Source: Octopus sinensis
Lineage: Eukaryota
Assembly: GCF_006345805.1 (NCBI RefSeq)
Contig: NC_043008.1
Span: 67,952,001 to 68,016,000, forward strand
Length of the DNA stretch: 64,000 bases
Direction: 5' to 3'
The stretch's first letter is position 1. The number at the start of each line of letters is the position of its first letter. The position numbers and the translations under genes are program-made. Positions 23,438 through 37,780 of the stretch are shown in pieces. The notes under the pieces were generated by a model. That model saw nothing but the letters and a program-made list of their open reading frames with translations. It was not told the DNA's origin and made no database searches.

Positions 23438-26400
23438 ATGGGTCAAAGTGTTGCCAGCTGACAACTTTATGTGCAATGGGTTTTTGTGTTTTGGATTTCT
23501 GCATTTAGATGAGATGGTAGAATATGAGCAATTGGCTGTTCCTGGGAATGAAAGTTGCTCGTGAGTCATCAGTGGTTGCTTATGTCAGTCCATGTGGTGT
23601 TGTGAAAGTCCTTAATCCAGCTCAGCATGATACTCATAACCTTAGTGTATAATTCATTGTTAATGAGGAGTTCAAAAACTAGGTGTTCTGAGTGACAACA
23701 CAAAATTATCCCCCTTCATCACACTTCTCAGCCTTGTGTCCCAAATATATTTTCACTCAATGGCACAATGATAAGTTGAAAGTCAGTATATAAGCTAATT
23801 CTTTGCCAAACTGACTATGTGCTCAAACGACTATCTGCTCCAAACTTGCTTACTGCTACTACTTCCACCACTGCTGCAACCAAATTCTCTACCTGCTACC
23901 ACCACCCCTTATAACCCACTCTACCTCTCTCCCACACTTCAAATTTGCTAAACTATAACTATCCAGTTTTGATATTCTCCAGAAATAAACCAATAAATAT
24001 TATACTCTTTTGGAAACCTAACATCTCACTTAGATTTAAAATCGTAAATTTGCAGAATCTCATTTACCTTCCATCTGACAAAGGTACCAACAAAGATATT
24101 GTTTATACAAAGTGTTTAACTTCCTCTATACATATATCATTAGCTGAAATCTATAAATATATTCTGTAGTACATTAGAACATTGAAATAAAATGCTGTAA
24201 ATCTGTCTGTAATTTAGATTTTCTGTGGCCATATTCCCTTCCTACCACCTATCCTCTCTTATTTCCAAGCAAAGTAGTATTTTCCCATGCCCAGACATAT
24301 TTTTCACAGAAGATTGGAAACAAATGACACTGCTTGTATAATGGTGAATTTCATTTACAGCTATTATAGCATAATGAGATGACAAGGAGACACACAGACA
24401 CAAGCCCATGCACACATACACATGCAATAGGTTTCTTTCACTTTCTGAATATCAAATTCATTCTCAGAAGGCTTTAGTCAACCCATGACTATACAAGAAG
24501 ACACTTGCTCAAGATACCACACTGTGAGATTGAACCCGAGACCATGTGGTTAGGAAGCAAACTCTTTAACCACACAGCCTTACCTGCACTTACACATATT
24601 GCAAACAGTATGAAGTGAAAATTAATCATGATATATATATTAAAGTAAAATACGCGGTATGTATGTATGCATGTGTATGTGTGTATATTTAAATATATAT
24701 ATTAATATTATTCCTGTGCAGGTGGCACATAAAAAGCACCATTTGAGCGTGGCCATTGCCAGTACTGCCTGACTGGCCCTCGTGCCGGTGGCACGTAAAA
24801 GCACCCACTACACTCTCGGAGTGGTTGGCATTAGGAAGGGCATCCAGCTGTAGAAACTCTACCAGATCAAATTGGAGTCTGGTGCAGCCATCTGGTATGC
24901 CAGACTTCAGTCAAATCATCCAACCCATGCTAGCATGGAAAGCGGACGTTAAACGATGATGATGATGATGATTATATGTAAAGTTATAAATGACGAAAGA
25001 AATAGTTTGGTGAAATTTATTTAACCTTAGGAAAATTCATATATCACAACAACTTATTTCATAACTTAAATCATGTAATGAAAATTTATTTTATTATATT
25101 TAATAATAATAAATAACTTACATGTCTGTATTAATGCAAATAACCCTTTAAAACCATGCAGAAATTAAGCTACATCCTCAATGTGTGTGTATATATACAT
25201 ATATATACATATGTATGTATGTATACATGTATGTATAATCATATGTATATGTTTATATGTATACAATACATACATATATTCATATATATGTGTGTGTGTG
25301 TACATACAATACAAACACACACACACACACACATATATATATATGCCCATGCATACCACAGGAAATGTAAACGTAGGAAGACAAAGATAAACTACTAAAA
25401 TCCAATTTATTTTCCCAAGTAGCCGTGGGTGTATGTAGATTGGTACGGAGGTGGGAGACATTGGTTTAGTCTTATTTTAGAATGTCTGCTCTACATAAAC
25501 CATTCTCCTGATGGTGTTATTGTCTACAAGGATTTCATCCTATACTGCTGTCCATCATCACCACCGCCATCACCCACACAATTCTTCTCCTGCCTTTGTG
25601 TTTGTGTTTGTGTCAGATGCCTCCACACCATTATATATATATTGTGTGTGTGTGTGTATATATATGTATCCTCTTTTTGTGGTTGTTGGTCTTGTGGTGG
25701 TGGTGGCAGTGGCGGCATTGTTGTAAGTCGTGATAGTTCTTCATGTATCATTTGGTCAACAAATTTTATTTGTTTATTCTCTGCTATTATTACTACTACT
25801 ACTACTACAAACTCTACAGAAGACGTAGTGGGGCAGTGCCCTTGACTTTCACATACCCTTCCAGGTTGTTGACATGCATTATGCAGTCATGGTAAAGAAG
25901 AAGTGCTGACATAGAGGGACTTAAACTCAATACTGCTAGATCTGAAATCATTTACTAATCCTGTAGTGCTACTGTTTAGAACAATGGCAATGAATTTTGT
26001 TTTGGTTAAGGGAAGGAGCCAATGTGATCTAAGATGTTATTTGTATCTAGCACCAACTGAATCCCAGATATTTGAACATGTGGACTTCACCTTTGTCTTG
26101 AAAAAGCATGTGGCCAGTGTATGTGCAGTTTCTGGTCCTGAAGGAGAAGTCCAGTCTATTAAACATTGTAAATTAAGTACTCAAGAAGACCTATCTTCCA
26201 CAGCAGACGTCTTAAGGCCACATCCCCTGGTGAAGAGGATTGGCCTGCAAGAGTCTTGTGCCAGTGCCACATGAAAACAACTCATGCCAGTGCTACATAA
26301 AAAGTGCTTGTGTTAATGTTAAATAAAAGCACTCTTGCCAGTGACACATTAAAAGTGCCAAGAACACACTGTGAAGTAGTTGTCATTAGGAAGGGTATCC

Positions 26401-29400
26401 AGCCATAGAAACCAAGCCAAATCAGACTGAAACCTGGTGCAGCTTCCCAGCTTCCTAGCTCTGGTCAAACCATTCAATCTATACCAGCATGGAAAATAGA
26501 CGTTAAAGGATGATGATGATGATAGATGTCTAGCTTCCATGGAAGATCACTGGAACATTTGAGGTTGAGCATTTGTTGCAAGCTACGATGCTTGGCTGTG
26601 TAATTCACAAATAAGGTGGTGGGGTTGTCACTAAAATGTTGTTTCGTAGATGTAAATGTAACCTTGAATATGCTTTTTTTTAAGGATTTGTCAGGAGTGG
26701 GAAGAGTAGGGTAAGAGATAGAGAAAATGTTATTTTCAGAACAGGGTCCTGGCTGAAATACTTACAAGAGTGTGGACCCTATTGAAAAGCACTCAAGGTT
26801 GAGCTATAGTGACATTAACTGAGCAGTGTAATAACTCTACCACCCAAAAGAAGCTTCCTGCAGTTTCCTTTTACCAAATTTCACTTACAATATTTTGATA
26901 AACCCAAGAATGTGGTAGACAACACTTGCTCATGATGCCACAAATAGAGATTAATCCAGAAATCACATTGTCACAAAGCTAACTTCTTAACCTAAAAGCC
27001 ATGCCCATACCTTGAATCTGTTGAATGAAGCTGAGCCATAGACAGCCCTACACTACCCTGCTTCCAATTCTATCAGAAGTACTCCAGAGTGTTGATGTCA
27101 GATGGCCTTGTGTGTAAAAATACTAATCTACCAGTTAATAGATACTGAGTTCAAATTCGCTGCAAACATTGGGTTGTGTATTTATGAAGAATACTAACTT
27201 ATATATAGACAGTTCATCTGATTGTGGTGGATCAGGTTCTACCATATCATCTAAGAATGTAATTTATAAAATACTGACATCCTATCCAAGAGATTTACTT
27301 GTCTCTCATCTTCTCTGTTAAATTTTTAAACAGAACACTTTATTCTACATGTCATGGTTCACTAATGATAGATCAGATATTACTGGATTATTTGGACATT
27401 TTACCTGCTATACCCACTATCCAGTGGGGGATATATCATTCAACTTTTCTATTGTATTTCTGTACAGAGCATCCTACAAGAATGTTATCTGCGATAGATT
27501 AGTATATTATCCTAGAGGAGATTTGCCTCTCATCTTCAGTTACATTTTTTAACGTAACTAGTGTAGACAATATTTTACATTACCACAATTCACCGAACTA
27601 TTGGTCATGTAAACATTGCTTCCAAATCATCTGTGCATATTACGGTATACCCATCTTTTTCACATTGTGAAACAGCAGTTTAACAATGATTCTTAAAACC
27701 ACTTCTGATTTTAGGAAACATTTACAGAAACAAACTTCAATGTGGCCCTTAAATATCAATCAACTAGTTTGCTCCTCAGATATGATAAATTGGTGTTCTG
27801 TCTTTAACTGTGTTGAGACTCAAACAAGACTGTTTTCTATGTCTGAGTCACAGGTGAAAGCAGGTAACCTTACCTATAACTTACTTTATAAATGTACCTA
27901 AATACATATGTACTTCATCTTACTGTGAAATTATGCCCCATGAGGAGCCTTTCTACAGCTTCATATGAGGACTAACCTAAGCAGTTTGTCATTTAACAAT
28001 GTTATTTAATGATGTTTAATTGTTATTTTTCCCCCGTTACCAGCTACCCCAAGATACTGAGCATAAATAGTGGAAGACATGACTATGACCGGGTGGGAGA
28101 GTCATAGACAGTTGATGGAGGTATACGTCACTGCTAACTATGTTCCATGGGGAATTTCAGTTCAAGTTGGTGATCATCATCATTATCGTGTTTGTGGAGG
28201 AAAGGATGATAATGTTGATTGTGATTGGTGAAGAAATTGCATGGTGATGATGGTGGTGGAAGTGGTATGATAGCAACGATAATGGTGATGATGATGATAT
28301 AGAATATCAGTATTACTGCCACTGCACTCAGTGACTTACAAGGGTAAATATATTTAAAACTTGATATCCATATTAATATTATACTAAACACACGAACACA
28401 CACACTTGTATGCATACATACATATAGTAACATACATAGAAGTATACTATACCTATACATAAACATACACTCCTGTTGCTTACATGGCAATTTTTGTCAT
28501 AGATCCCATGTATAAGAAATTATTCTGATTGCTGTTATTAAGGCAGAGTCAGTGGAGCGCCAAATAAAGTATCTTGTGTTATTCAGTCACATCCAATTAA
28601 GACAGTTAATTTTGTTTTTTATCCTTCTGTGGTAGAAAGATTAAAAGGATTTATTGAAGATATGTTCCTTCCACCACAAGATCATATAGTCTTGTGCCAG
28701 GTTTAGTGATTATTGTCATAGCGGATTATGGGTAACTCCCAAAAATCCTACCAAGGAGTGTTATTGATGTAAGTCAGTTTATACAAGCATAGAAGAACCA
28801 TTTGCCAAAGCTATCTCTTAGATGTGAGGATACTGACAAACCTGTCCTCCTTGCATGTTTACAATGTCCACAGATTACTGGCCAGTGGAAATATTTTGAA
28901 AAGCTTTTATTACATGTGGGATGGATCTAGCTGCCATCCATGTCCATTGTAATGACTTCATCACTGCCTTCCTTTGACAAGAAAGAGCAGATAGTTTGCT
29001 AGATGATGTTGAAAGCGAGGAGCTCAGGTTTTTCCACTCTGATCAAAATTTCAATCTTTTTTTTCAAGTACCACTTGAAGTAGAAGATGAGGGTGGAAAG
29101 AGAAATGCAACCTCCAGCAAATTTTAAGAAAGCTGAGTGAGAATGATGAATATGGTTTGCTGAGAAAATCAGTCCTTAAGTTTGGATCTGAGAAGGGCAT
29201 ATGCCAAGAATAGAGGCTATTTATTGTTTGGGGTTGCTTGAGCTTCTTTGTGTGGCTGTTCTCCACATTTTGGGACATTATATATGTAAAATATTCATAA
29301 ATCTATATTTTCATGTGTGTATCTATATGTTTATTGTATCATCATCATTTAACATCCGTTTTCCATGCTAGCATAGGTTGGACGGTTCGACTGGGGTCTG

Positions 29401-30175
29401 GTAAGCCATGGAGGCTGCACCAGGCTCCAGTCTGGTTTGGCAGTGTTTCTACAGATGGATGCCCTTCCTAACACCAACCACTCTGTGGGTGTAGTGGGTA
29501 TTTTTTATGTACCACCGGCACAGGGGCCAGTGGAAGCTGGCAAACGGCCCCGATCTGTTGGTACTTTTAAGTGTCACCGACACGGATGCCAGTCAGGTGG
29601 CACTGGCATCTGCCACATTCAGACGGTGCTTTTTACGTGTCACCAGCACAGGTGTCTTAACTACAATTTCCATTTGACTATATATATAGTTATATATTTA
29701 TATGAATGTGCATGTTACATAGGTGGTCATATATATATCATCATCATTGTTTAACGTCCTCTTTCCATGCTAGCATGGGTTGGATGATCTGACTGAGGTC
29801 TGGCTAACCAGATGGCTGCACCAGACTCTAATCTGATCTGGCGGAGTTTCTACAGCTGGATGCCCTTCCTAACACCAACTACTCTGAGAGTGTAGTGGGT
29901 GCTTTTACGTGCCACCAGCATGAGGGCCAGTCAGGCGGTACTGGCAGCGGCCATGCTCAGATGATGCTTTTTATGTGCCACTTGCACATGAGCCAGTCCA
30001 GCGGCACTGGCAACGACCTCGCTCAAATGTTTTTTTCAATTGCCACCAGCACAAGTGCCAGTAAAGTGACGCAGGTAATGATCACGCTCATGTGGTACTC
30101 TTAGCACTCCACTAGCACGGATGCCAGTCATTGAATTTGATTTTGATTTCAATTTCAAGATCAAATTCTATGACT

Positions 30176-30212
<37 letters not shown>

Positions 30213-30260
30213 AAACAAGTCAAGATAGAAAAGGCTAAAATAATTTTATAAAGAACATTT

Positions 30261-30298
30261 CAGTACCGGTTTCGGTCATTTTGAGACCTTTTCAACTG
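30261..30298 (-). ncRNA. Minimal type-I hammerhead ribozyme motif, U3-A8 core variant
   Basis: Minus strand CAG-UUGAAAA-GGUC(UCAAAAU)GACC-GAAA-CCGG-UA-CUG: helix I 3 bp, helix II 4 bp, palindromic helix III, GUA cleavage triplet. Confidence 0.6.
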
Positions 30299-30389
30299 TA
30301 ACGATTAAATAATTAAATTTAGAAAATTAAAAGAAAAGTTTTTTTAAGGAATATTTGTATAGTGTTCAAATATAAGTGGCATTCTGCCT

Positions 30390-30433
<44 letters not shown>

Positions 30434-30599
30434 TATTGACCGCACATACTCGTGTATGTGCTTTACTTATTCACCTGTAGACTGCAGGTGAATATATAGT
30501 GTTTTAGTCTTAGAAGGGCAGCCAGACATAGAAAGTAAACCAAAGTATTATTATTTATTGATTGATGTTGCTGTTTCTTCCTTATAGGAGAAACAGTAA

Positions 30600-31200
30600 T
30601 GGGAATCAGTAAATAACAATAATGATCTTTTTGGACCTTAGGTTGTTGATGTTACTAGACAGTTTGTTGGTGAATTTCTTCAGACCTTTTTTCACAAACC
30701 TTGGAGAACTGATACTTCAGCATTCATTGCCCACATCTGGTTTATCTCTAAGTCTTTGGACTCTGATAATTTTTCAGTGACTTTTGTGGATATAATTCTC
30801 TCTGATGGCAATACCTTGGTACTTCCATCTCTATCATTAGGCATTTCTTTTCCTTCTTATCCTTGATAATGATGTCCAAACAGTTTACTTTTATTTTCTT
30901 CTCTGTATGTATAGGTATATCCTACATGGGTGTTTTTATTTTCCATGACTGTTTCTGGTTAATGTCCTTACAATTTTTCAGTGGCCTTGATATTATATTC
31001 TTTGCAGGCCTTCCAATGGAGGTATGCTATTGCCTTGTTATGACATAGGATGTTATTTTTTTTCATCTTAGGAAGTTCTGAGCAGCCGCAAACAAGGTGG
31101 TGGTGGGGTGTCAATTGTTTCTTTGAATTTGTTACATATCTCACATATATTGATAATATTTTGATTATAATCTTCTTTGTCATTACTGAAAGCTGTGGTG
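30600..31200 (-). mobile_element. R4/Dong-like non-LTR retrotransposon fragment (CCHC finger + RLE)
   Basis: HHLVCGCSEL...HNKAIAYLHWKACKEYNIKATEK, then DIIIKDKKEKKCLMIEMEVP and EKLSESKDLEI. Decayed. Confidence 0.7.
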
Positions 31201-33703
31201 TTTAGCAAAAACTGTATGGTGCCAATTGCAATGTTTCACAGTATTTAGCTACATCCTTTACACCAAACTAAAATATTGCCAGTAAAGAATAGATAGCATC
31301 AGATGATATTTTCATACTGGTTTCAAATTTTGGCACAAGACCAGCAATTTTGGGGGAGTGAGTAAGTTGATTTCATCAACCCTAGTGCTTAACTGGTACT
31401 TATTTTAGCAACCCCAAAAGGGATGAAAGGCAAAGTAGACCTCAGCAAAATTTGAAATCAGAATGTAAGGACAGACAAAATGCAGCCCATCATTTCAACT
31501 GATGTGCTAATGATTCTCCCAGCTCCCCACCTTAGATGATATTTTAATATTACACTCAATAGACTGGCTTCCTATCCAGGAACTGATTTATTTCTCATCA
31601 ACTTATGTCAAAAAGCCAAAGTTAAGCACTGGCCCTTAAGGAAATATTCACAAAGCACCCAAAGTTCACCCCATCAGAATCAACTCTTTCTGGCCCCCAT
31701 GAGAATGGCTTTAGGTACTGTCTGAATTACATGGAGTGAAGTGAGCAAAAGATTAACTTCCCCTGGATAAGATGCCAGTCTTGCACTTCACCACCATTAC
31801 CTACCTTATCATGGTTGGTTTTAATATCCTGTGTCTGTGTATATACTATGCAAGCAAGTATTCATCATGGTTGTATATTTTATATCACAGTGAATGAACA
31901 ATAGCATTCATGGTTCAATTTCTAACTGACCAATTATTGGTTCTTTCTGTTTATGATGATGACTATCAGAGAATGACTGAGTAACACAATTCCTGACAAA
32001 TATTGGAATAACTTCATTCAAAGAGCACCAGTTTTTCTGTTTACTTCCCCAAAGTACATTGGCAAAATATACACACACATACACAAAAATGGGCTTCTGT
32101 GCAGTTTCCATCTATCATATTCCACTCACAAGATATTGGTCAAAGCCAAGACTATAGCAGAAGACACTTGCTCAAGAAACTGTAACATGGGATCAAACCT
32201 GAAACCATGTGTTTGCAAAGCGAATTCCTTAACCACCTAGTTTTTACCTCAACCACAGTATGCTGCATCATTCCGACCCACACACATCCTGGCTCTCTTA
32301 ATACACCACATTGCAAATCTTCCTTTCTTTTCCTTCCCTTCCCTTCCTGAAACTAACCTCAAACATCTTCAGAATTGTAGGAGTTTACTTTTTAATGATT
32401 TAAACAAACAAAAATCAAATTCAAATTAAAAAAAAAAAAAAACAGAAAGGCCACATGTTAGTATTAAGGGTGCAGCTTGCAAATAAGGTGAGGTGGGTGT
32501 CAGGGTACATTTAAGCTGAAAAACAGAAAATAGGATTTTTATTTATTTTTTTTTTTTGTTTTCCGGAAGTTTGCTGTGAACAGATATGACTGTCACTGCA
32601 AGCATGAGCAACTTATGTCCTGTATATTTACACAATTTATCCAAAATCTGAGGTTATAGCCCTCATTTAAATATAATCTTATAAATATTTACAAGGTTTT
32701 ACTTTCTGTTCAAGTATTATAATGTCATATAATTCCTTTCCTCCAATGTTCTCGTATGATATTCCTGCAGCCACAGACTAAAAATTTAATAAAGAATGTA
32801 ATTAAGTTGGTGGGGGCTCTTTTTCTTTTCTTTTTTTTTTCCTTAAGTTGTTTGGGTTTTTTTTTAAAATTCATTTCCCATCTCTCAGCTTTTCATGTAC
32901 TAGATGTACATTGATGATGATCTGTGTATTTCGTACAAACATGTGAGGTCATTGTTATGTTTGCTGTTATTTAACCCCTGTTCAAACTTCATCCGGCAAT
33001 CTTGGTCAAAATGCATTCATTTGTGGCCATCCCATCTTTTATTCAGACACACACACACACACACATAGATACATACACGCCTATGTGCATGCGTGCGTGT
33101 ATGAATGTATGTGAATGTTGACATTCCACACTTGTCAGTGCTTGAACAAAACAGTGATGATGTTGTCATTCCTTGTTGACATTTTGGCTGTTTACTCTAC
33201 TTTCAAAGATCTCTAAAATAAAAATCCCTTCTGTGTTGGTGACAAGAAGAGTAACCAGCTGTAAAATCCTGTTTCAAATGATTCCCCATGAAACTCCATG
33301 CTAGCAAAATAAAATGGACATAAAACAAATGAAGAAATTTTATTTCTAAAGAAATAGAGTGGCCTCTTCTTAAGAGTGTCCTGTCTCCAAAAATGTCCTA
33401 TTCCTCAATGTTCCTTATTCCTGAAAGTATCCTATTCTAAAGAGGTTCTATGTCTGAAATTATCTTCCTTTAAAGATGTTCTACTCTTGAAAATGTCTTC
33501 TACTAAAGATCTCCTGCTTCTAAAAGTGTTCTCTTTTAAAGGTGGAAAATAAGATTAGTAAAGTATAGAGTTTCTAAATAATATTTGCAGTAAAACCTCT
33601 TCAGAGAGTAACACCTCTTCAAAAAGTATGCTGAGTAGACAGAATTCTGAATGACCAGGTGTAAGTTTGTTACATCCTATTCATTTGTGGCCAAGACACT
33701 TAA

Positions 33704-34198
33704 CCCTTTAGCATTTAAACTGATCATATCTAGCCAAAATATTCTGCTCTGTTTCATCTTCAAACTGGCCAGATCCAGCCTCTTACACTTTCCCTACAAT
33801 ATTATGCTGAAAATAAACAATCATGTCATTGAAATCTCAAAGCTATAAGGTAATGCAAGACTAATTCAAATTAATGTAAATAAATAAGCATTACTTTTGG
33901 CAGAATATGAAGGTGCATGGCTCAGTGGTTAGAGCATTGGGCTCACAATCATGAGGTAGTTAGTTCAATTCCCAAACTGGGCTGTACTGTATCAGCCTTT
34001 GCTTTTCCCTTCAATAACATCTTTGGTGTGGAGAGAGGAGGCTGGTATGCATGGGTGACTGCTGGTCTTCCATAAACAACCTTGCCCAGACTTGTGTCTC
34101 AGAGGGGAACATTCTAGGTGCAATCCCATGGTCATTCATGACCAAAGGGGGTCTTTACCTTTTTTTACATTTGACAGAAAAATCTGAATGCTAGAAGG
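33704..34198. mobile_element. piggyBac-type (TTAA) MITE interrupted by a SINE at ~33906-34164
   Basis: TTAA|CCCTTTAGCATT ... AATGCTAGAAGG|TTAA. The SINE is flanked by a 15-bp degenerate TSD (33891-33905 / 34165-34179, 13/15). An uninterrupted sister copy lies at ~56935-57160. Confidence 0.75.
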
Positions 34199-34904
34199 TT
34201 AATTCTAAAAATGGCCCAGGTCAAATAGTTGTTAATAGGCTTCACAGAGTTGTTTCGTTCTGTTTTGCTTTGAGTTTGGTTTTTTTTCCATTTTGGTGAC
34301 GGGGGGGGGGGGGGGGGGGGGGCTCAGGCAACATAAAGCCAACAGGTACTTACATTGCACATCCTTTCCTAAACAGTGTCTGTATTACCCATTAGTGCAT
34401 ATCAACCTAAAACTGCTCATTAATGAACAACCTGCAATTGCTTACATCAATCTCAATACTTACTGGTATTCATTTTATAAGCCCCAGAACTTTGTAAAGC
34501 AATGTTTGGACCTGACATGATCTGAACTCAGAACATAAGTGACCATATTTAAATACTTCAAGACAACTGATGCAATTAATGATTCTTGTGTTCCACTACT
34601 GCACCACATGTCAGAAACAACTCAGTACTGCTATCAGAAACTTTCAATGGTCAGTTAAACTCCTCTGTGTAGATGTGGAGTATCCCATTCACTGCTCATG
34701 TACTCTTCCCTAAACTGCAGACAGTGATCATCTGTCCTTTTTGATAACCATGGGTGTGGTATACAGCAAGTCATTGTGTTACCAGTTAAATCTGTCTGTT
34801 ATCATCAATTTCCAAGTTTTAGCTTTAAATAAAATTGGTTTTCAACTTATATGAATATTTATCTGTGGGTGGGTGTGCATGTGTATGTATATATGCATGC
34901 AAGC

Positions 34905-35365
34905 ATTGGCATCCATGCTAGTGGAGCACTGAGAGCACCATCCGAGCGTGATCATTGCCAGAGCAGCTAACTGGTTTCCGTGCTGGTGGCAAGTAAAAAG
35001 CACCATTCAAGCATGATCATTATCAGTGTTGCCTTACTGGCACTTGTGCCAGTGGCACGTGAAAAAAACATTTGAGTAAAGTCGTTGCCAGTGCCACTGG
35101 ACTGGCTCCTGTGCAGGTGGCACATAAAAAACACCATTTGAACATGGCCATTGCCAGTACCACCTGACTGGCCCTTGTGCCGGTGGCACGTAAAAGCACC
35201 CACTACACTCTTGGAGTGGTTGGCATTAAGAAGGGCATCCAGTTGTAGAAACTCTGCCAGATCAGACTGGAGCCTGGTGCAGCCATCTGGTTTGCTAGAC
35301 CTCAGTCAAATCGTCCAACCCATGCTAGTATGGAAAGCGGATGTTAAACGATGATGATGATGATG
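34905..35365 (+). mobile_element. SINE family C (internal TGGCACGTAAAAGCACC multimers, (GAT)n tail)
   Basis: Related copies at ~24715, 29340(-), 29735(-), 37290, 46960, 52985 and 62590. Confidence 0.85.
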
Positions 35366-35469
35366 TAGATATCTTTATAGGTGAGAATGCAAGCAATATA
35401 TATATTTATACACATGCACACACACACACACACTCACTCATAAACACAAGTAACTGAAATGGATTTTGC

Positions 35470-35835
35470 CAAATGACTTCTAGAGTAACATTACTTGACA
35501 TAGGGTGCATAGTTCAAAGATCAGAGTCTCTCCAGGTCAGGCTACTTCTTCTCTGCATTGAGAGGTCACAGCTCTGGTTCTGTGGACAAGTGTTTAGAAT
35601 GTCTCAGGAAAGAATTGTAAAACTGATTCTTCAACCCAAGCCAAACCACAGGGGACCTAGGAATAGATCAAGAATGAGATGGTTGGATGATAACTATAGT
35701 TTCTGTTGGTCATGCTTGGGATTTCAGTAGGAAAGTGTAATTATGGTTGCTTCTGATAGGACCTTATGGAGAAGGTGCTAAGGACTCTATACCACAACCC
35801 TCTCAGGAGTTGTGGGTAGAGATGATGGATGAATG
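35470..35835 (+). mobile_element. RTE-type LINE 3' fragment
   Basis: IERSQLWFCGQVFRMSQERIVKLIL...RGPRNRSRMRWLD matches the RTE C-terminal pattern; ends in a (GAT/GGAT) tail. Confidence 0.65.
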
Positions 35836-36630
35836 GATTTATTTATGTGTATGTGTGTGAGAGAGAGAGAGAGTTGCTATGGGGTAATATGTCACATATT
35901 CCTTTAAAATATTAGTTTCAAATTTTGGAACAAGGCCAGCAATTTTGGAGAGAGGGTAAATCAATTACATCAATGCCAGACCTCAACTTGTACTTATTTT
36001 ATCGACCCCAAAAGGATGAAAAGCAAAGTCAACCCTGGTTGCATTTGATCTCAGAACATAAAGATGAACAAAACACTGCTGTGCATTTTGCTCGCCATGT
36101 TGATGATTCTGTCAACTTGCTGCCTCGTATTGCTTTATAATATTTATATCAGGAGTTACCTCTTTCAGTCTGTTCTTTTGCTCTATAGATCTATTTCATA
36201 GCCCCAGCTAGTTCATATTTTGAAAATGTTGAGCACTTTTGGATACATATACCTCATTAAGATTAATTATGATGTACCTTTTAGAGGACTTAAGTCATTT
36301 ATTATTGAGGTGTGTGTGTATTTGTGTAATGTACCTACATGCACACATGCAATACAGCCAATAGACTGAAACTATTAGATGAATGTGTGCATATGTGCAT
36401 GTATGACAATGCACACATGAACACGTAAGTATGTACATATGTGCATGCATGTGGTAATTCAAGAAATCATCTAGACTCAATGAGTGTTAAAAGCTAACAC
36501 TTTAAGTGATCCAGTTGCCAAAGCTAAGCCGGTTATTCTGTCCAAATCTAAAATTTGCCAAAATAGATGAATGCTTAGGTTGACATGACAGTGTGGGGTA
36601 ATGGTATCCATATTGTCACCCCCACTGTCC

Positions 36631-36702
<72 letters not shown>

Positions 36703-36777
36703 GAAGAATTTCTTTGCTGCCAACAATGTTATCTGTTATGAAAGACTTATAGCTGATAATAAGAGTAAGGCAAGTAT

Positions 36778-36848
<71 letters not shown>

Positions 36849-37697
36849 AGGAGTGCCTGTGTGGTAAGTAGCTTGCTTACCAACCACATGGTTCTGGGTT
36901 CAGTTCCATTGTGTGACAGCTTGGGCAAGTGTCTTGTACCATGCCATTGGGCTGACCAAAGCCTTGTTAGTAAATTTGGTAGACAGAAACTGAAAGAAGT
37001 TTGCCATGTTTTATATATGTATATATATATATATATATGTGTGTGTATATGTATATGTTTGTGTGCTTGTGTTTGTCTCCACTATTGCTTGACAACAGAT
37101 GTTGGTGTGTTTATGTCCCTGTAACTCAGCAGTTTGGCAAAAGAGACTGATAGAATAAGTACTAGGCTTACAAAGAAGTCCTGGGATCAGTTTATTCAAC
37201 TAAAGGTGATGCTCTAGTGTGTCTGCAGTTAAATAAATGAAACAAAGAATAGAACATTATATATATATATATATATATATATACATACATACATGTGTGT
37301 GGCACGTAAAAAGCACCATCCGATCGTGGCCATTTGCCAGCCTCATCTGGCACGTAAAAAGCACCCACTACACTCACAGAATGGTTGGCGTTAGGAAGGG
37401 CATCCTGCCGTAGAAACATTGCCAGATCAGACTGGGCCTGGTGCAGCCTTCTGGCTTCCCAGACCCCAGTTGAACCGTCCAACCCATGCTAGCATGGAAA
37501 ACGGATGCTAAACGATGATGATGATGATGATGATAGATGTGTGTGTGTTTTTAAATTCTCCGATCACCCTACAGTAGAAATTTCTTTTCGTATATTAGCA
37601 TGAATCATCATAAAAGTGGTTGGTATCTGATAGAGTAGCCAACGACGAACATAAGGTAGCCTAAAATTTTCCTTTCTCTTACATTTCTTCAAACTTA

Positions 37698-37780
37698 TTC
37701 CTGATGAAGGGGACATTGTCAGTGTGAAACTAAAGGATTCATATCTTGTAGACTAATGGACTCCAGAAACAGTCGTCGAA
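37698..37780 (+). ncRNA. Hammerhead-like motif (type I, imperfect helix II)
   Basis: TTC-CTGATGA-[imperfect stem AGGGGACATTGTC...GACTAATGGACTCCA]-GAAAC-AGTC-GTC-GAA. A.A apposition at the base of helix II. Confidence 0.4.

Noticed and set aside
27250-29280. Possible decayed coding sequence (27250-27560 with a ~50-bp degenerate duplication; 28560-29280)
   Set aside because: All frames I tried are interrupted by stops and I could not recognise a family; probably old TE debris. A tBLASTx or Dfam search would be needed.
34301-34322. 22-nt poly-G run (also ~41208-41220) as a G-quadruplex
   Set aside because: Isolated homopolymer; length may be a sequencing artefact and there is no supporting context.
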